Part shown: positions 19,582 to 30,241 of the stretch, piece by piece
How the letters are laid out: each line of letters starts with the position of its first letter
Numbering within the stretch: the stretch's first letter is position 1
Position numbers and translations under genes: made by a program
Source: Candidatus Bathyarchaeota archaeon
GTDB lineage: Archaea > Thermoproteota > Bathyarchaeia > 40CM-2-53-6
NCBI GenBank assembly: GCA_963733055.1
Contig: CAVTBR010000001.1
Span: 1,280,001-1,344,000, forward strand
DNA length: 64,000 nt
Direction of reading: 5' to 3'
The notes under the pieces: generated by a model
What the model was told of the DNA's origin: nothing
The model's database searches: none
What the model saw: only the letters and a program-made list of their open reading frames with translations

Positions 19582-20010
19582 GTGACCCCGCCGAACTTCG
19601 CTAAGTGGATGATCCTGTTACTGGCAGTGCACCTACTAGTCCCTAGCATCCATTACTTTGGGTCAAACCCAAGCCTAGTACTGTCATGGTTCGCGTTCGA
19701 TTGGTATGCGGGGCAGGGATGGATAGTGTTCATCCAATACGCCTTCGTCGGAGTCCCTGCCTTCGTCTTCATAGGGCTTGCAGCCATACTGCCGATACTC
19801 CTGCTAGGTGTACTCATTCTTCGGTCTAAGATAGGTCGCCGAGACCACGCGATAGCATGTTTAGTCTTGGGAAGTCTGCTGTTAGCGATTTACCTCAACG
19901 GTTGGTTCTTCTACACGTGGCCAATCCCGTATCAGCCAGTCCAAACCGTCTCGATAGCGCTTGTAACCCTTCTCGCGTTCAAGTACTGGCGGCGATCTCT
20001 ACCGGGTTAG
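19582..20010 (+). CDS. Hypothetical membrane protein
   Basis: About 4 hydrophobic segments. Confidence 0.6.
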   Translation: MTPPNFAKWMILLLAVHLLVPSIHYFGSNPSLVLSWFAFDWYAGQGWIVFIQYAFVGVPAFVFIGLAAILPILLLGVLILRSKIGRRDHAIACLVLGSLLLAIYLNGWFFYTWPIPYQPVQTVSIALVTLLAFKYWRRSLPG

Positions 20011-20136
20011 TTTTCTGCCGAACCTCATCAGGCTTCTGCCAACGCTCCGGCGAGCGGCACGTGCGCCCTTCTTCAATTTCTTTTGTGTCTTTGAAGTCCT
20101 GCTACCCTTTCTTCTCTTCCGTCTGCGTCTGGCCAT
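19999..20136 (-). CDS. Highly basic protamine-like 45-aa protein
   Basis: MARRRRKRRKGSRTSKTQKKLKKGARAARRSVGRSLMRFGRKLTR. TTAATTA about 35 nt upstream. Not in ORF track. Confidence 0.62.
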   Translation of the reverse strand: MARRRRKRRKGSRTSKTQKKLKKGARAARRSVGRSLMRFGRKLTR

Positions 20137-20213
20137 AGCAAATACCCGGATAGAACATGTCACGTTCTAGTAATTAACAGCTACCAGATGGGGTGTGCGT
20201 TCGGGCTAATTCT

Positions 20214-22865
20214 TCATCGAAAGATACGGGTCTCAATTAGTTGTAAGAGTTTTCGAGATGTGAGTACGGCCGCGAGTAGTAGGGTTGAGAGGGCTGTTGT
20301 TGCGCTCGCCACTATCATGAGCGGAGAGGAGGTTGCGAGCTCAGCAATAGCAACCGCAGAGAGTGACACCACTAAAATTATCCCAAGAACCCTCTGGGCG
20401 TTCTTCGAGTTTCTCCTCAGCTTCGGAGCGTATCTAAACAGCAATGCCAGCGGCAACGCGAGATATGCGACACCGATTAGCGAGCTGACGAGTAGGCCTG
20501 AGAGGACGCCTGCAATTTCTTGGTGGGCAGGTAGCACGCTGAAAGGTAGCGCGCCGAACCTGAGAATTGCAATTAGCGGGTAGAGGAATAACCTCATGCC
20601 GTATTGGAATGTTGGGTGTTGGGTTATGGATTGTGCGACGGTTGGGCTGAACGAATAGTACCAGGCGTTGAAGGCGATCATGAAGTTCCACCCAACGAAT
20701 GTGTTCATGATTTGTCGGTCTCGGAAACTTCTGAGGAATTGAACGTCGGGAGCCATCGTAGATCCGTAGGTGGCCGTGGCGATGAGGCATGTCGGTGCGG
20801 GTGGACTCGTTGATGTTGAGCTTGAGCTGGAGCTCGTGCTCGTTGTTACTGCAGAACCTGAGATTTGCACTGTGATTGGCGTTTTGTGAATAAGCGCTCC
20901 GCTGCTTCCTATCAAGTCGAGTGTGTATGTTCCAGTTGAGGCTCCGGGTGATGCGGTTACTGTTAGTGTTGATGTGGCAACGGTGTTTGGTTGGGGTGTT
21001 ATGGGGCTTGGTAGGTTGAAGCTTACTCCGGCGGGGCCTGGAAGAAGCCAAGAAGCCGACAACGCCACTGTAGAGCTGAACCCACTCTGTGAAAGGACGG
21101 CGATTACCGAGGTTCCGGTTGCTCCTTGACCGATTGAGATCGCGTTAGGCCCAGCTACTACTGTGAAGTCTGATGTCTCCGCTTCGTTAACCGTTACCGT
21201 AATGCTAGTCGTGTGAGATAACGATCCACCGGTTCCAATTATCGGAACTGTATATGTTCCTGTCCCGACGGTTCCCGCCGCTGTAATCGTTACTTGAGTG
21301 GTTGTCCGCCCAGCGACCGGTGGTGTTAGGGGGTTTGTTGCGAAGCTAACACTCAACCCGCTCGCGGCTGAGGCTGAAAGGGTTACCGGTGACGAGAACG
21401 TTCCGGAAGATTGTATGGTGAGGGTTGAGCTTGCGGCCGAGCCTTGGATCATTGTCAGAGTTGTTGGTGAAAGGGAGAGGCTGAAGTCGCCCGCGCCTGT
21501 GAGGATCTGTACCCCAATGTTCGTGCTAGTACTCAGCGAGCCGCTGGTACCCACCAGGCTCAACAGGTAGTTGCCGACGGACGCGCTCGACGAGGCTGTC
21601 AGAGTAAGTGTTCCAGATGCTGCACCGTTCGGGGGCGGCGTCAACGTCCCAGGCCCTGTAACGGTGATACCTGTCGGAGTCGGACCGACCCAAGATGCAT
21701 ATGTGTTAACAGGCGACGAGAAACCGTTGACCGAGGACACACCCATCTTAACCGACCCAGACCCAGCTTGAGAAAGCGCGATTGATCCCGAAGAGGATGA
21801 AAGCGAGAAGCCTGGCTGTGCCGCTTGGGAAATTGTTATCGTGAATGTTGTGCCGTGGCTTAGGCTACCGCTTGTACCCAATACCTGGAAATTGAACGTT
21901 CCAGCGCCTGCTGAGGCTGCGACATTGATGGACATTGTCGAACTTCCAGGAGCGATGGGGTTCGGGGAGAAACCGACCTGAACACCTGAAGGCACGCCGT
22001 TACTCGTGGAAAGACCGACAGGTGCGGAAAACCCGCCAATCGCGCTCACGATCACGGTAGCGGTCGTAGAACCGCCCTGCTGTATATTGATGCTCGATGG
22101 GTTAACGGTTATCGTGAAGTCCTGGGGAGAAGACACTTGGAGGTTCAGTTGGGTGGAGTGTTGGATTATGTAGCTGCTGCTTCCGGACCCACTTATCGTA
22201 AGCGGGTAAGATCCAGCTTGGACGGAGTTCGCTACAGAGATGCTCACTGAAGAATCCGCTGAACCGCCAGCAGGTGGGGTGGGGGTGCTGGGGGAGAAAC
22301 TGACACTGACTCCCGACGGCTGGCCGCTTGACGAAAGGGTTACTGGGCCGGCGAAACCGTTGATCGAGGTTATGGTGACGGTGGCTGTTCCCATGCCACC
22401 CGCTTGAGCGGTAACAGACTGCGGAGAGACTGAAATTCCGAAATCTCCTGGCACGATTATAGCCGTGACCTGTAGGCTGAAATCGTAATTCTTAACGTCA
22501 GAACCGCTTGAGCCAACCAACGTCATTTGATAAGTGGAAGCGGGCACGCTGGGGTCGACGCTCACGTAGGCCGTGCTGGAGTCGCCACCGCCCGGAGGAG
22601 GTGTCACCGGGTTATTACTGAAATTAATTGAAACTCCAATCGGCGCCCCGGAGAAGGATAGGGAAACGGGTGCGCTGAAGTTGTTTATCGAAGTCACCGT
22701 GATCTCAACTGTGCCGGAATCGCCTTGCGCGACACTTAGGGTCGTGGGGGAGTAGTTCATGGTGAATGTGTCAAGCAGCTGCGCTTTCACTGCAACGTGA
22801 GGCGTGGTTGACAAGACAAGTAACAGGCCGATTATGAGGAGGAAACTTTTCGTGAGCTTGCTCAT
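20214..22865 (-). CDS. Large S/T/G-rich surface protein with six Ig-like repeats and CFI-box-CTERM domain
   Basis: Signal peptide, six roughly 105-110 aa DF.I.VSP...GFS.PV.LS repeats, CLIATATYGS...VQFLRSFRD...YYSFSP followed by TM helices. Confidence 0.85.
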   Translation of the reverse strand: MSKLTKSFLLIIGLLLVLSTTPHVAVKAQLLDTFTMNYSPTTLSVAQGDSGTVEITVTSINNFSAPVSLSFSGAPIGVSINFSNNPVTPPPGGGDSSTAYVSVDPSVPASTYQMTLVGSSGSDVKNYDFSLQVTAIIVPGDFGISVSPQSVTAQAGGMGTATVTITSINGFAGPVTLSSSGQPSGVSVSFSPSTPTPPAGGSADSSVSISVANSVQAGSYPLTISGSGSSSYIIQHSTQLNLQVSSPQDFTITVNPSSINIQQGGSTTATVIVSAIGGFSAPVGLSTSNGVPSGVQVGFSPNPIAPGSSTMSINVAASAGAGTFNFQVLGTSGSLSHGTTFTITISQAAQPGFSLSSSSGSIALSQAGSGSVKMGVSSVNGFSSPVNTYASWVGPTPTGITVTGPGTLTPPPNGAASGTLTLTASSSASVGNYLLSLVGTSGSLSTSTNIGVQILTGAGDFSLSLSPTTLTMIQGSAASSTLTIQSSGTFSSPVTLSASAASGLSVSFATNPLTPPVAGRTTTQVTITAAGTVGTGTYTVPIIGTGGSLSHTTSITVTVNEAETSDFTVVAGPNAISIGQGATGTSVIAVLSQSGFSSTVALSASWLLPGPAGVSFNLPSPITPQPNTVATSTLTVTASPGASTGTYTLDLIGSSGALIHKTPITVQISGSAVTTSTSSSSSSTSTSPPAPTCLIATATYGSTMAPDVQFLRSFRDRQIMNTFVGWNFMIAFNAWYYSFSPTVAQSITQHPTFQYGMRLFLYPLIAILRFGALPFSVLPAHQEIAGVLSGLLVSSLIGVAYLALPLALLFRYAPKLRRNSKNAQRVLGIILVVSLSAVAIAELATSSPLMIVASATTALSTLLLAAVLTSRKLLQLIETRIFR

Positions 22866-22931
22866 ATCAAACCGCTTTACGCCATCATTACCGCAAAGCT
22901 CAGTATATGACCATTGTCATATTACATCTAT

Positions 22932-24140
22932 TCATCGCATGAATTTCGCAATGAAATATCCAATCTCGTCCACGTCTGGGCGAAACCGCTGACAGCGAGT
23001 AGCAGTGCCTCCAATCTTCCCCAAACCCCTCGAACCCAAGAAAGGCGTCTGATCCACCGCCTCCAGCCCACACTCTTCTTCAGCGAACTCAGCGACTTCC
23101 TCGCATTCTTTCGCGGTGAAGGTGCAAACGCTATACACAACCACCCCACCACGCTTCACAACACGACTCGCCGCCCTAACGAATTGCTTCTGGTATGCGG
23201 CCAGATCGTCTACTCTTTCCCGCTTAGTGTGATCGTAGATTTTCGGCCTGAGACCCAGGGCGCTGCACGGAGGATCAATCAGTACTCGATCGGGTTTCAA
23301 ATCAGCGAAGTCTGCGTCGACATACCTGGAGTCATGGATCGCGAGAGTAACGTTCGAGCAGCCCAGCTTCGTCATCGTGCTGCGGGTTTGCGCTATCTTG
23401 TCGGCGTTTCTGTCCAAGCCAACTACCTTTCCGGACCCTTCCGTTAACTGGCTCAGGTGAGACAACTTCCCGCCCGGAGCACAGTTCATGTCCAAAATGG
23501 TCTCCCCCTTCTGTGGGTCGAGAACATGAGCCGTAATCATCGCAGCGAGTGATTGTGGATAGAGTAAGCCCTCGGAAAATTCAGGTAACTCCCTTATCTG
23601 AGGAGACTTGTACCGTCGATTCTCGACCTTGACAGCTAGCCCTTTCTTGAATGTGAGAATGTCAGTCGTGTTCATCGCTGCCGTCCCATTCCCGAGAATG
23701 TCCCCAAGCTCGGAGACGACGGTGACGTGATCTCCGGTGTGTATGGACGGGCAATTCTTGACTCCTGGCGCGTAGACGTTTGCTCCTTGCAGGACAGATT
23801 CCGCTGTGAATTTGTCAACCACTATCCGCAGTTTGGTTGAAGAAACCTCAAACGGCCCCTCAACTTGCATCCCCAAAGCTTCGGGTAGGACGGGGTGTGC
23901 GTGAACTTTGAGGCCTCTGGCCTCGAGCTTCTTTCGTAGTTCTGTGGGCGATATTTTGTGAGTGTTGCATCTGACATAGTACGTGTTGACGGGTTTTGAG
24001 AGGGCCTCAAGTACCGCAGGCGTATCAGATCCGTACACTTCTTCTGACAGATCTACCACGTCAGAGGAGAATCTGTTTAGAGAGGTGACAGCTAGTTTGG
24101 TCAATTTGATCCTAACGAATGGTTTTGGAATAATGCACAC
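22932..24140 (-). CDS. RsmB/NOP2/NSUN6-type RNA m5C methyltransferase with PUA domain
   Basis: PUA segment AESVLQGANVYAPGV, LDMNCAPGGK, DPPCSALG, YSVCT. Confidence 0.9.
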   Translation of the reverse strand: MCIIPKPFVRIKLTKLAVTSLNRFSSDVVDLSEEVYGSDTPAVLEALSKPVNTYYVRCNTHKISPTELRKKLEARGLKVHAHPVLPEALGMQVEGPFEVSSTKLRIVVDKFTAESVLQGANVYAPGVKNCPSIHTGDHVTVVSELGDILGNGTAAMNTTDILTFKKGLAVKVENRRYKSPQIRELPEFSEGLLYPQSLAAMITAHVLDPQKGETILDMNCAPGGKLSHLSQLTEGSGKVVGLDRNADKIAQTRSTMTKLGCSNVTLAIHDSRYVDADFADLKPDRVLIDPPCSALGLRPKIYDHTKRERVDDLAAYQKQFVRAASRVVKRGGVVVYSVCTFTAKECEEVAEFAEEECGLEAVDQTPFLGSRGLGKIGGTATRCQRFRPDVDEIGYFIAKFMR

Positions 24141-24159
24141 TTGCAGTAGATCGAATTAG

Positions 24160-24441
24160 ATGTTCCTGAGCCCGGAAAGTCAGATTTATGATGTAATGCA
24201 GAATTCGCCAAAGAGGAACAAAGATATACACGGGCATGCGAATCCTGAATCAGTCCACGCAGAGGCCGCGCTTGACTTGAATGAACAGCAAAGGGTAGCC
24301 TTCATCAACGTTGTAGGGCTCGCTTCGCTTGCAACATTTACTGGGCTTGTTTACCTCCGCACCCAAGAACCGTTGATCCTAATTGTTGGCGGGTTGATAT
24401 CGGTCGTAGGCGTACTGGGCATGATGACAGGCAAAACCTGA
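24160..24441 (+). CDS. Small hypothetical membrane protein
   Basis: Two C-terminal hydrophobic helices. Confidence 0.5.
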   Translation: MFLSPESQIYDVMQNSPKRNKDIHGHANPESVHAEAALDLNEQQRVAFINVVGLASLATFTGLVYLRTQEPLILIVGGLISVVGVLGMMTGKT

Positions 24442-24471
24442 GTTCCCATTCGCGACTCCGGAGTTTCTAGT

Positions 24472-24891
24472 ATGGTTCAGCTATATCCCGAAGCAACAGT
24501 CGGCGCTTTGATCGTCAACGAGAAGGGTGAAGTTCTACTAGTTCACTCCAAGAAATGGGGCGAGAAATACACCGTACCCGGAGGGCATATCGAGCTCGGT
24601 GAGCAGGCGGAGGACGCGATCGTCAGGGAGGTGAAGGAGGAAACGGGCTTGGATTCGGAGGTTGTTGAGTTGCTGATCCTGCAACAAGCAATCTATCCTA
24701 AAGACTTCCACAAGCATGAACACTACATTTTCATGGACTACGTGTGTAAAGCAAAGAGTTCGGACGTGAAACTGGACGGGCGAGAGCTCCAAAGCTACGT
24801 CTGGGTTAAGCCTGAGGATGCCGTCAAATTAGACCTGGAGCAGTACACCCGAAACTTTATTCTCAAATATCTTGAAAAATTCGGAAGTTAA
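24472..24891 (+). CDS. NUDIX hydrolase
   Basis: PGGHIELGEQAEDAIVREVKEETGL Nudix box. Confidence 0.93.
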   Translation: MVQLYPEATVGALIVNEKGEVLLVHSKKWGEKYTVPGGHIELGEQAEDAIVREVKEETGLDSEVVELLILQQAIYPKDFHKHEHYIFMDYVCKAKSSDVKLDGRELQSYVWVKPEDAVKLDLEQYTRNFILKYLEKFGS

Positions 24892-25388
24892 TTAGCCTCC
24901 GCGTTTACGCCGAGCGTTTTCAAAAGTCTAGCGTGGTCTTTCCTCGTGATCCATTCAACGTAAAGATATTCCGCGATCTCGTCTTCAGGCATGCCAATTT
25001 TACGCCCTTCCTCGACGCAGCAACGGTAGGCCTCAATCTCCGTCGGCCTGTCTACGTAACTGTAAGCGTCATCGAACAGATTCTTCCCTTGAAAGAATTG
25101 CTTTACGTGAACCAATTCATGAATCACGTCGAGGTACAAGTGCCTGGCATCTCCGGTTCTCAAATACTCCAAACCCACGACTAAGCTGCCGTCTTCATCG
25201 TTAACGTACATGTACCCGTCTTCGTCTGTCAACGTCACCTGGGTTTCCTTTAAGATTCGCCCCAACACGGCAGTGTTGCCAACACAGTTCTTCAGGGGTT
25301 CAACACCCTCGAGGCCAGCGAAGATTTCCTGAAGTCTATACCTTCCTTCTGGGAGGGCTCTGTTAACGCTGAAGCGCAGTTCAGTCAA
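24888..25388 (-). CDS. HExxH zinc-metallopeptidase-like protein
   Basis: IHELVHVKQ with a downstream EIEAY. Confidence 0.7.
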   Translation of the reverse strand: MTELRFSVNRALPEGRYRLQEIFAGLEGVEPLKNCVGNTAVLGRILKETQVTLTDEDGYMYVNDEDGSLVVGLEYLRTGDARHLYLDVIHELVHVKQFFQGKNLFDDAYSYVDRPTEIEAYRCCVEEGRKIGMPEDEIAEYLYVEWITRKDHARLLKTLGVNAEAN

Positions 25389-25430
25389 CCCCGTTCTTCC
25401 AAAACCTGAAGGTATCCAATCTACATGAGT

Positions 25431-26504
25431 TTACATAATTACTGGCATGAACCGTTCTTCGTTAACCGACTTACTCAGACGGCCAACGATCGGAATCTCA
25501 TTCCCACAATAATTGCAACGGTTCTGATCGTCAAGGTTCCAGCTCGATATGTCGAAACCCATGCGTTCGACAACGATATGCCCGCACTCGGGGCAGTAGG
25601 TGTGCTCAAGAGGGTGTCCTGGAACGTTGCCTAAGTACACGTAATTCAAACCAACCTGCTTCGCAATTTCATGGTGCTTCTCTAAAGTCTCGATGGGAGT
25701 TGGGGGGAGGTTCATCATCTTATAGTCAGGGTGGAATCTGAGGAAGTGGATCGGCGTGTCGGGGCCTAAGTTGTCGTATACCCATGAAGAAAATTTCTTT
25801 GCTGCCCCCAAGTCGTCTCCAACCTCCGGAACGATGAGGTCTGTAATCTCAATGTGCACTTTCGTCTTATCTCGAATGTCGAGTAGGGTCTGAAATATCG
25901 GTTCGGAGTTCGCTATGCCAATGTACTTGCGGACGAACGCGGTCTCTCCGCTGCCTTTGAAATCGACCGTGATGCAGTCAAGGAAGTCTGGCATCAACGA
26001 AACCGTCTCGGGAGTATCGTACCCGTTCGACACGAAAATATTGATCAAGCCCGCCTTCCTCGCCTGGACACCAATGTCGTGGGCGAACTCCATGAAGATC
26101 GTTGGTTGGTTGTAGGTATACGCCAAGCCTTGGCAGCGGTAACGTTTAGTCATCTCCACCACTTTCTCCGGCGTCACATCCAGCCCCTCAATCTTACGCC
26201 GCTGACTAATGTCCGAGTTCTGGCAGTATGAGCAGAGCCAGTTACAACCCGTGGTTGCGACTGAGAATATCTTTGTTCCTGGCATGTAGTGGGTTACGGG
26301 TTTCTTTTCTATCGGGTCGATGTGGCCTGCGATAATCTTCCCGTAAACGTAGAGCCACAACTTACCGTTCAGATTGCCCCGGATTCCACAGAGCCCGACC
26401 TTTCCTTCCGGAATATTGCAGTACCGAGCGCAGGCGGTGCATCTGACCCTGCCGCCAGGAACTTGTTGGTATAGAGTGGCCTCTTTACCCGTCAAGGCAG
26501 CCAC
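25431..26504 (-). CDS. amrS: AmmeMemoRadiSam system radical SAM enzyme
   Basis: CTACARYC...GLCG, DPIEKKP, GCNWLCSYCQN, FHPDYK, YVYLGNV, CPECG. Confidence 0.9.
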   Translation of the reverse strand: MAALTGKEATLYQQVPGGRVRCTACARYCNIPEGKVGLCGIRGNLNGKLWLYVYGKIIAGHIDPIEKKPVTHYMPGTKIFSVATTGCNWLCSYCQNSDISQRRKIEGLDVTPEKVVEMTKRYRCQGLAYTYNQPTIFMEFAHDIGVQARKAGLINIFVSNGYDTPETVSLMPDFLDCITVDFKGSGETAFVRKYIGIANSEPIFQTLLDIRDKTKVHIEITDLIVPEVGDDLGAAKKFSSWVYDNLGPDTPIHFLRFHPDYKMMNLPPTPIETLEKHHEIAKQVGLNYVYLGNVPGHPLEHTYCPECGHIVVERMGFDISSWNLDDQNRCNYCGNEIPIVGRLSKSVNEERFMPVIM

Positions 26505-26698
26505 CGCAAGGACTGATGTTTGGCCGATTTGAAAACCATCTGAACGATTCTCACTGAAACTATGGCAATGGCCGTGGAATAAACTGTTCTCTTAACATTG
26601 AGAACAAGTCTGTAGCCGCCGCTAGATCCGCAGACCATATCGTTCAAGCTATGGATAATTTGGATGCAAGGACGTGAATGAAGATCACGTCGACCCAC

Positions 26699-28135
26699 TT
26701 ATACGGGCTGAACTCTCAGAAGGTCTGTGGTTCCTCCCGGTGATGAGGGGTCTCCGCAGACAACCACGATCTTGTCTCCTTCTCTCGCCATTCCGCTATT
26801 CCTAGCTGCGGCCTTCGCGGCCGTGAATATTTCAGCCGTGGTATCGAATTTCTTCACCCGGTATGCGTACACACCCCAAAGCAATGAAAGCCTATTCATG
26901 ACTGGGACATTGTGTGTGAGTGCGATTATCGGCACGGATGAACGGTATTTTGAGACCCGGTGCGCGGTCAGGCCAGTTCTGGTGTTTGCGACGATGCAAC
27001 CTGCCTTTAGTGCAAAGGCTACTTCGCATGCCGAGAAGCTGATTGATTCCTGAATGATCGGCCTTACGCTAGGTCGCCGTGCGTCTAAGAGCGTTCCGTA
27101 GGCTAGGTTCTTCTCCGTCTCGGCAGCTACTCTCTTCATTACATTAACTGCTTCAACCGGATACTTGCCCACAGCGGTTTCCTCAGAGAGCATCACGGCG
27201 TCTGTACCGTCGAATATGGCGTTGGCGATATCTGTTACCTCTGCGCGCGTGGGGGTGGGGTTGTTTACCATCGATTCGAGCATCTGAGTAGCAGTAATGA
27301 CCGGTTTTCCTGCAGCGTTCGACTTTCTGATAATCTCTTTCTGAAGGATTGGAATGTCTTCTACATTCATCTCTACACCCAGATCGCCTCGGGCAACCAT
27401 GACACCATCCGCATGCCTCACAATATTTTCCATATTCTCTACCGCCATCCTAGTTTCGATCTTCGCGATTATCCAAGCGTTCGAATTCGCTGCCTTCACG
27501 AGCCGTTTGCCCCGGAGAAGGTCCTTGCTTGAAGTCACGAATGATATCCCAACAAAATCCACGCCCTTCGACAAGGCGAACTTGAGAAGGTCAACGTCTC
27601 TCTTCGTCAACGCTCCAGGCTTCAACCCTTTGTCCGGTAGGTTAACTCCCTTCCCCGACGAGAGCGCCCCGCCCGTAACGATTCGGCAGACCGCCGAATC
27701 CCCTCGCGAAGAAATGACCTCCAGCCTTACGGTCCCGTCCTCAAGGAAAACTCGATCGCCTTTCCTCAAATGTTTGAGAATTGAGGGGTGGCTTATGGAA
27801 ACGATTCTCTGGTTTCCTATGACGTGACGAGCTGTAAGAATCAGTTGCGAGCCGCTTTTCAGATCAACTGGTTCAGGTGAGACTCGGCCAACTCTGATCT
27901 TTGGGCCAGGCAGATCGGCGAGAATTCCTATAGCTGCCTTCCTCTCGCGTGCTAGAGTCCGAATTAGTCTAATTTGCGCAGCGTGTTCTTGGACTGTTCC
28001 ATGGGAAAAGTTGAGCCTCGCAACATTCATTCCAGCATCAATCAATCTGCGAAGTACATCTCTTGATGAAGTCGCGGGACCGATTGTGCAAACAATCTTT
28101 GTCTTGGTCTTCTGTGAAGCCATCGGGGTGTTCAT
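26699..28135 (-). CDS. pyk: Pyruvate kinase
   Basis: KTKIVCTIGPA, ARLNFSHG, IIAKIE, MVARGDLG, ATQMLESM, DAVMLSEETA. Confidence 0.97.
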   Translation of the reverse strand: MNTPMASQKTKTKIVCTIGPATSSRDVLRRLIDAGMNVARLNFSHGTVQEHAAQIRLIRTLARERKAAIGILADLPGPKIRVGRVSPEPVDLKSGSQLILTARHVIGNQRIVSISHPSILKHLRKGDRVFLEDGTVRLEVISSRGDSAVCRIVTGGALSSGKGVNLPDKGLKPGALTKRDVDLLKFALSKGVDFVGISFVTSSKDLLRGKRLVKAANSNAWIIAKIETRMAVENMENIVRHADGVMVARGDLGVEMNVEDIPILQKEIIRKSNAAGKPVITATQMLESMVNNPTPTRAEVTDIANAIFDGTDAVMLSEETAVGKYPVEAVNVMKRVAAETEKNLAYGTLLDARRPSVRPIIQESISFSACEVAFALKAGCIVANTRTGLTAHRVSKYRSSVPIIALTHNVPVMNRLSLLWGVYAYRVKKFDTTAEIFTAAKAAARNSGMAREGDKIVVVCGDPSSPGGTTDLLRVQPV

Positions 28136-28174
28136 CTTCTAGGCCCCCTAACAGGCCTCAACTCTATCAATATA

Positions 28175-29485
28175 TTGAGCGCCAAAACTAACGCGGAAGC
28201 GATGGCAAACTTGGCGTCTCCCATACTATTTGTAGTCTTAGATGGCGTCGGTGACAGGCCCACGCCGGAATACGAGAATAAGACCCCACTGGAAGCCGCA
28301 CTGACACCAAACCTAGACAAGCTCACAGCCAAAGGAAAGACTGGAATAGTCTACACAGTCAAACGAGGCGTGGCCCCGGAAAGTGATGCGGGGGTTTTTT
28401 CACTCCTCAGCTACGACCCCACACGTTTGGAGTTATCCAGGGGCGTTGTAGAAGCAATCGGGTCTGGTATCGAATTCAACCCCGGCGACTTGGCGCTGAG
28501 GTGCAACTTCGCAACGGCTCGGGGCGGCCAAATTGTGGATCGGAGGGCAGGAAGGAATGTTTCAGCAGGGGAGGCCGCTCAACTTGTTGAAGCGGTTAAT
28601 CAGAATGAGAAGTTGAGGAGCCTTATCGACTTCGAACTTAAGGCGACGATTGGACACCGATGTGCTCTTGTCTTCCGAGGCAAAGGCCCACGCCTGTCAG
28701 CTGCCATCTCGAACCTCGACCCCGCGTACGAGCGTCGTGGAAAAATAACCATCGCCAAAACAGACGTCAAACTCCCGACTCCAATTCCCATTTGCGTCCC
28801 ACTCAACAAGACCACAGTAGCCCGCCGCACGGCGGACATGCTGAACCAGTTTGCCGCTCAAGTCAATTCGGTGCTGGAAAACCATACAGTGAATGGTAAT
28901 CGAATAGCCCGGGGTGATCAACCCGCCAACTTTCTGCTGATGAGAGACGCTGGAACGAAGACTCCCAAGGTTAGGACTTTCATCCAGAAATTTGGATTCA
29001 GAGGCGTTGCCGTGGCCGACATGCCTGTTGAACTAGGTATTGCAAAAGTCATCGGGATCGACACCCGAATCTTTCCGCCTGACAGATCACGCGAAGGATA
29101 CTCAGAGCGTGGCGTGGAAGCGTTGCGACTCATGAGGGAATACGATTTCGTCTACGTTCACCTGAAAGGTCCTGATGAACCTGGCCACGACGGGGACTTT
29201 GAAGGAAAGAAGAAAGCTATCGAAGACATTGATGCGGCTTTCTTTTCGAGGCTTGGAGATTTAAGTTCAAACTTTCTTTGTGTGACTGCGGATCATTCAA
29301 CTCCCTGCCTTGCGAAAGGCCACACAGACGACCCCGTTCCCTTGCTTGTCTCCGGGCCGGGGGTCCGGGGGGATGGATCGATGCGATTCACTGAGGCTTA
29401 TGCCATGAAAGGGAAATTGGGGACGATAAAGCATGGTTACGAGATCATGGGAATACTGCGGAAGTTGGTTACATCAAGCGTTTAG
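28175..29485 (+). CDS. apgM: Archaeal 2,3-bisphosphoglycerate-independent phosphoglycerate mutase
   Basis: [50 protein letters not shown]. Confidence 0.93.
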   Translation: MSAKTNAEAMANLASPILFVVLDGVGDRPTPEYENKTPLEAALTPNLDKLTAKGKTGIVYTVKRGVAPESDAGVFSLLSYDPTRLELSRGVVEAIGSGIEFNPGDLALRCNFATARGGQIVDRRAGRNVSAGEAAQLVEAVNQNEKLRSLIDFELKATIGHRCALVFRGKGPRLSAAISNLDPAYERRGKITIAKTDVKLPTPIPICVPLNKTTVARRTADMLNQFAAQVNSVLENHTVNGNRIARGDQPANFLLMRDAGTKTPKVRTFIQKFGFRGVAVADMPVELGIAKVIGIDTRIFPPDRSREGYSERGVEALRLMREYDFVYVHLKGPDEPGHDGDFEGKKKAIEDIDAAFFSRLGDLSSNFLCVTADHSTPCLAKGHTDDPVPLLVSGPGVRGDGSMRFTEAYAMKGKLGTIKHGYEIMGILRKLVTSSV

Positions 29486-30120
29486 CTGGCCGGCGCGTTC
29501 GGCGCTAGGAATGACCATTGATCTAAGTCCTTGAGTATCTCTTTGAGGATCTCTGTGGCCCTTCCCTCGTCCAATGTTAGCAGAAACTTTCCTAAATGTT
29601 TGCACATGTTCTTGGAGGCAACGTTGTTGCTCCAGTCTTGGCAGTCGTGGAAAATTGTGTGATTGGTGAGGTCAATTCGAATTGAGTAATCCTTGACCTT
29701 GCCCTCGATCATCTTCGAGTTCTCTTGCGATATGGTGACGAGCGAATCGTCGATTTCCCTGGCACGTTGAAGCCTAGGAGCCCCCAAGAATAATCTCAAG
29801 AGCTGTTCCAGTGAGCGTTCCTCGTTCCCGGCTGACGCAGCGGGAGAAGGGCGTTTGCGTCGTACCGCGGTCCCGGTTTTCGTGCCTAGTTTCTGTAGAG
29901 CTTGGTCGATTCGTGAATCGATGTACTGTTGCTCTTCGGGTGAGTACTTGTTCCGGTTAGAGAGGTCGTCAAAATAACGGCGTGCTGCCCGTGCATGCCA
30001 AGAAGTATGTAGCGGGTACCGCCAATTCTCTGGATCGGCGTACATTGCCTGGTCCTTCGGGTAACCTGCTGGGGGGCCGTCACGTCCGAATGGCTTCCTT
30101 TCAGGCTTCTTTCCCGACAA
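29482..30120 (-). CDS. Protein with DUF6582-like N-terminus and C-terminal SWIM-type zinc finger
   Basis: YADPENWRYPLHTSWHARAARRYF and HDCQDW...MCKHL. Confidence 0.65.
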   Translation of the reverse strand: MSGKKPERKPFGRDGPPAGYPKDQAMYADPENWRYPLHTSWHARAARRYFDDLSNRNKYSPEEQQYIDSRIDQALQKLGTKTGTAVRRKRPSPAASAGNEERSLEQLLRLFLGAPRLQRAREIDDSLVTISQENSKMIEGKVKDYSIRIDLTNHTIFHDCQDWSNNVASKNMCKHLGKFLLTLDEGRATEILKEILKDLDQWSFLAPNAPAS

Positions 30121-30241
30121 GCGTCTAATCTCCCAATCAATACGTAGTCTGGAGTACGTGGCCTATAGAGCAATTATAATACATGCCAAGAATCTTTCTG
30201 CGAATAGGCTCATTCTGGTGTACGATACATAAAAGTCGAAA

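Noticed and set aside
20434-22755. Many alternative-frame and antisense ORFs here and across the window
   Set aside because: Shadows of well-supported genes, with no motifs of their own.
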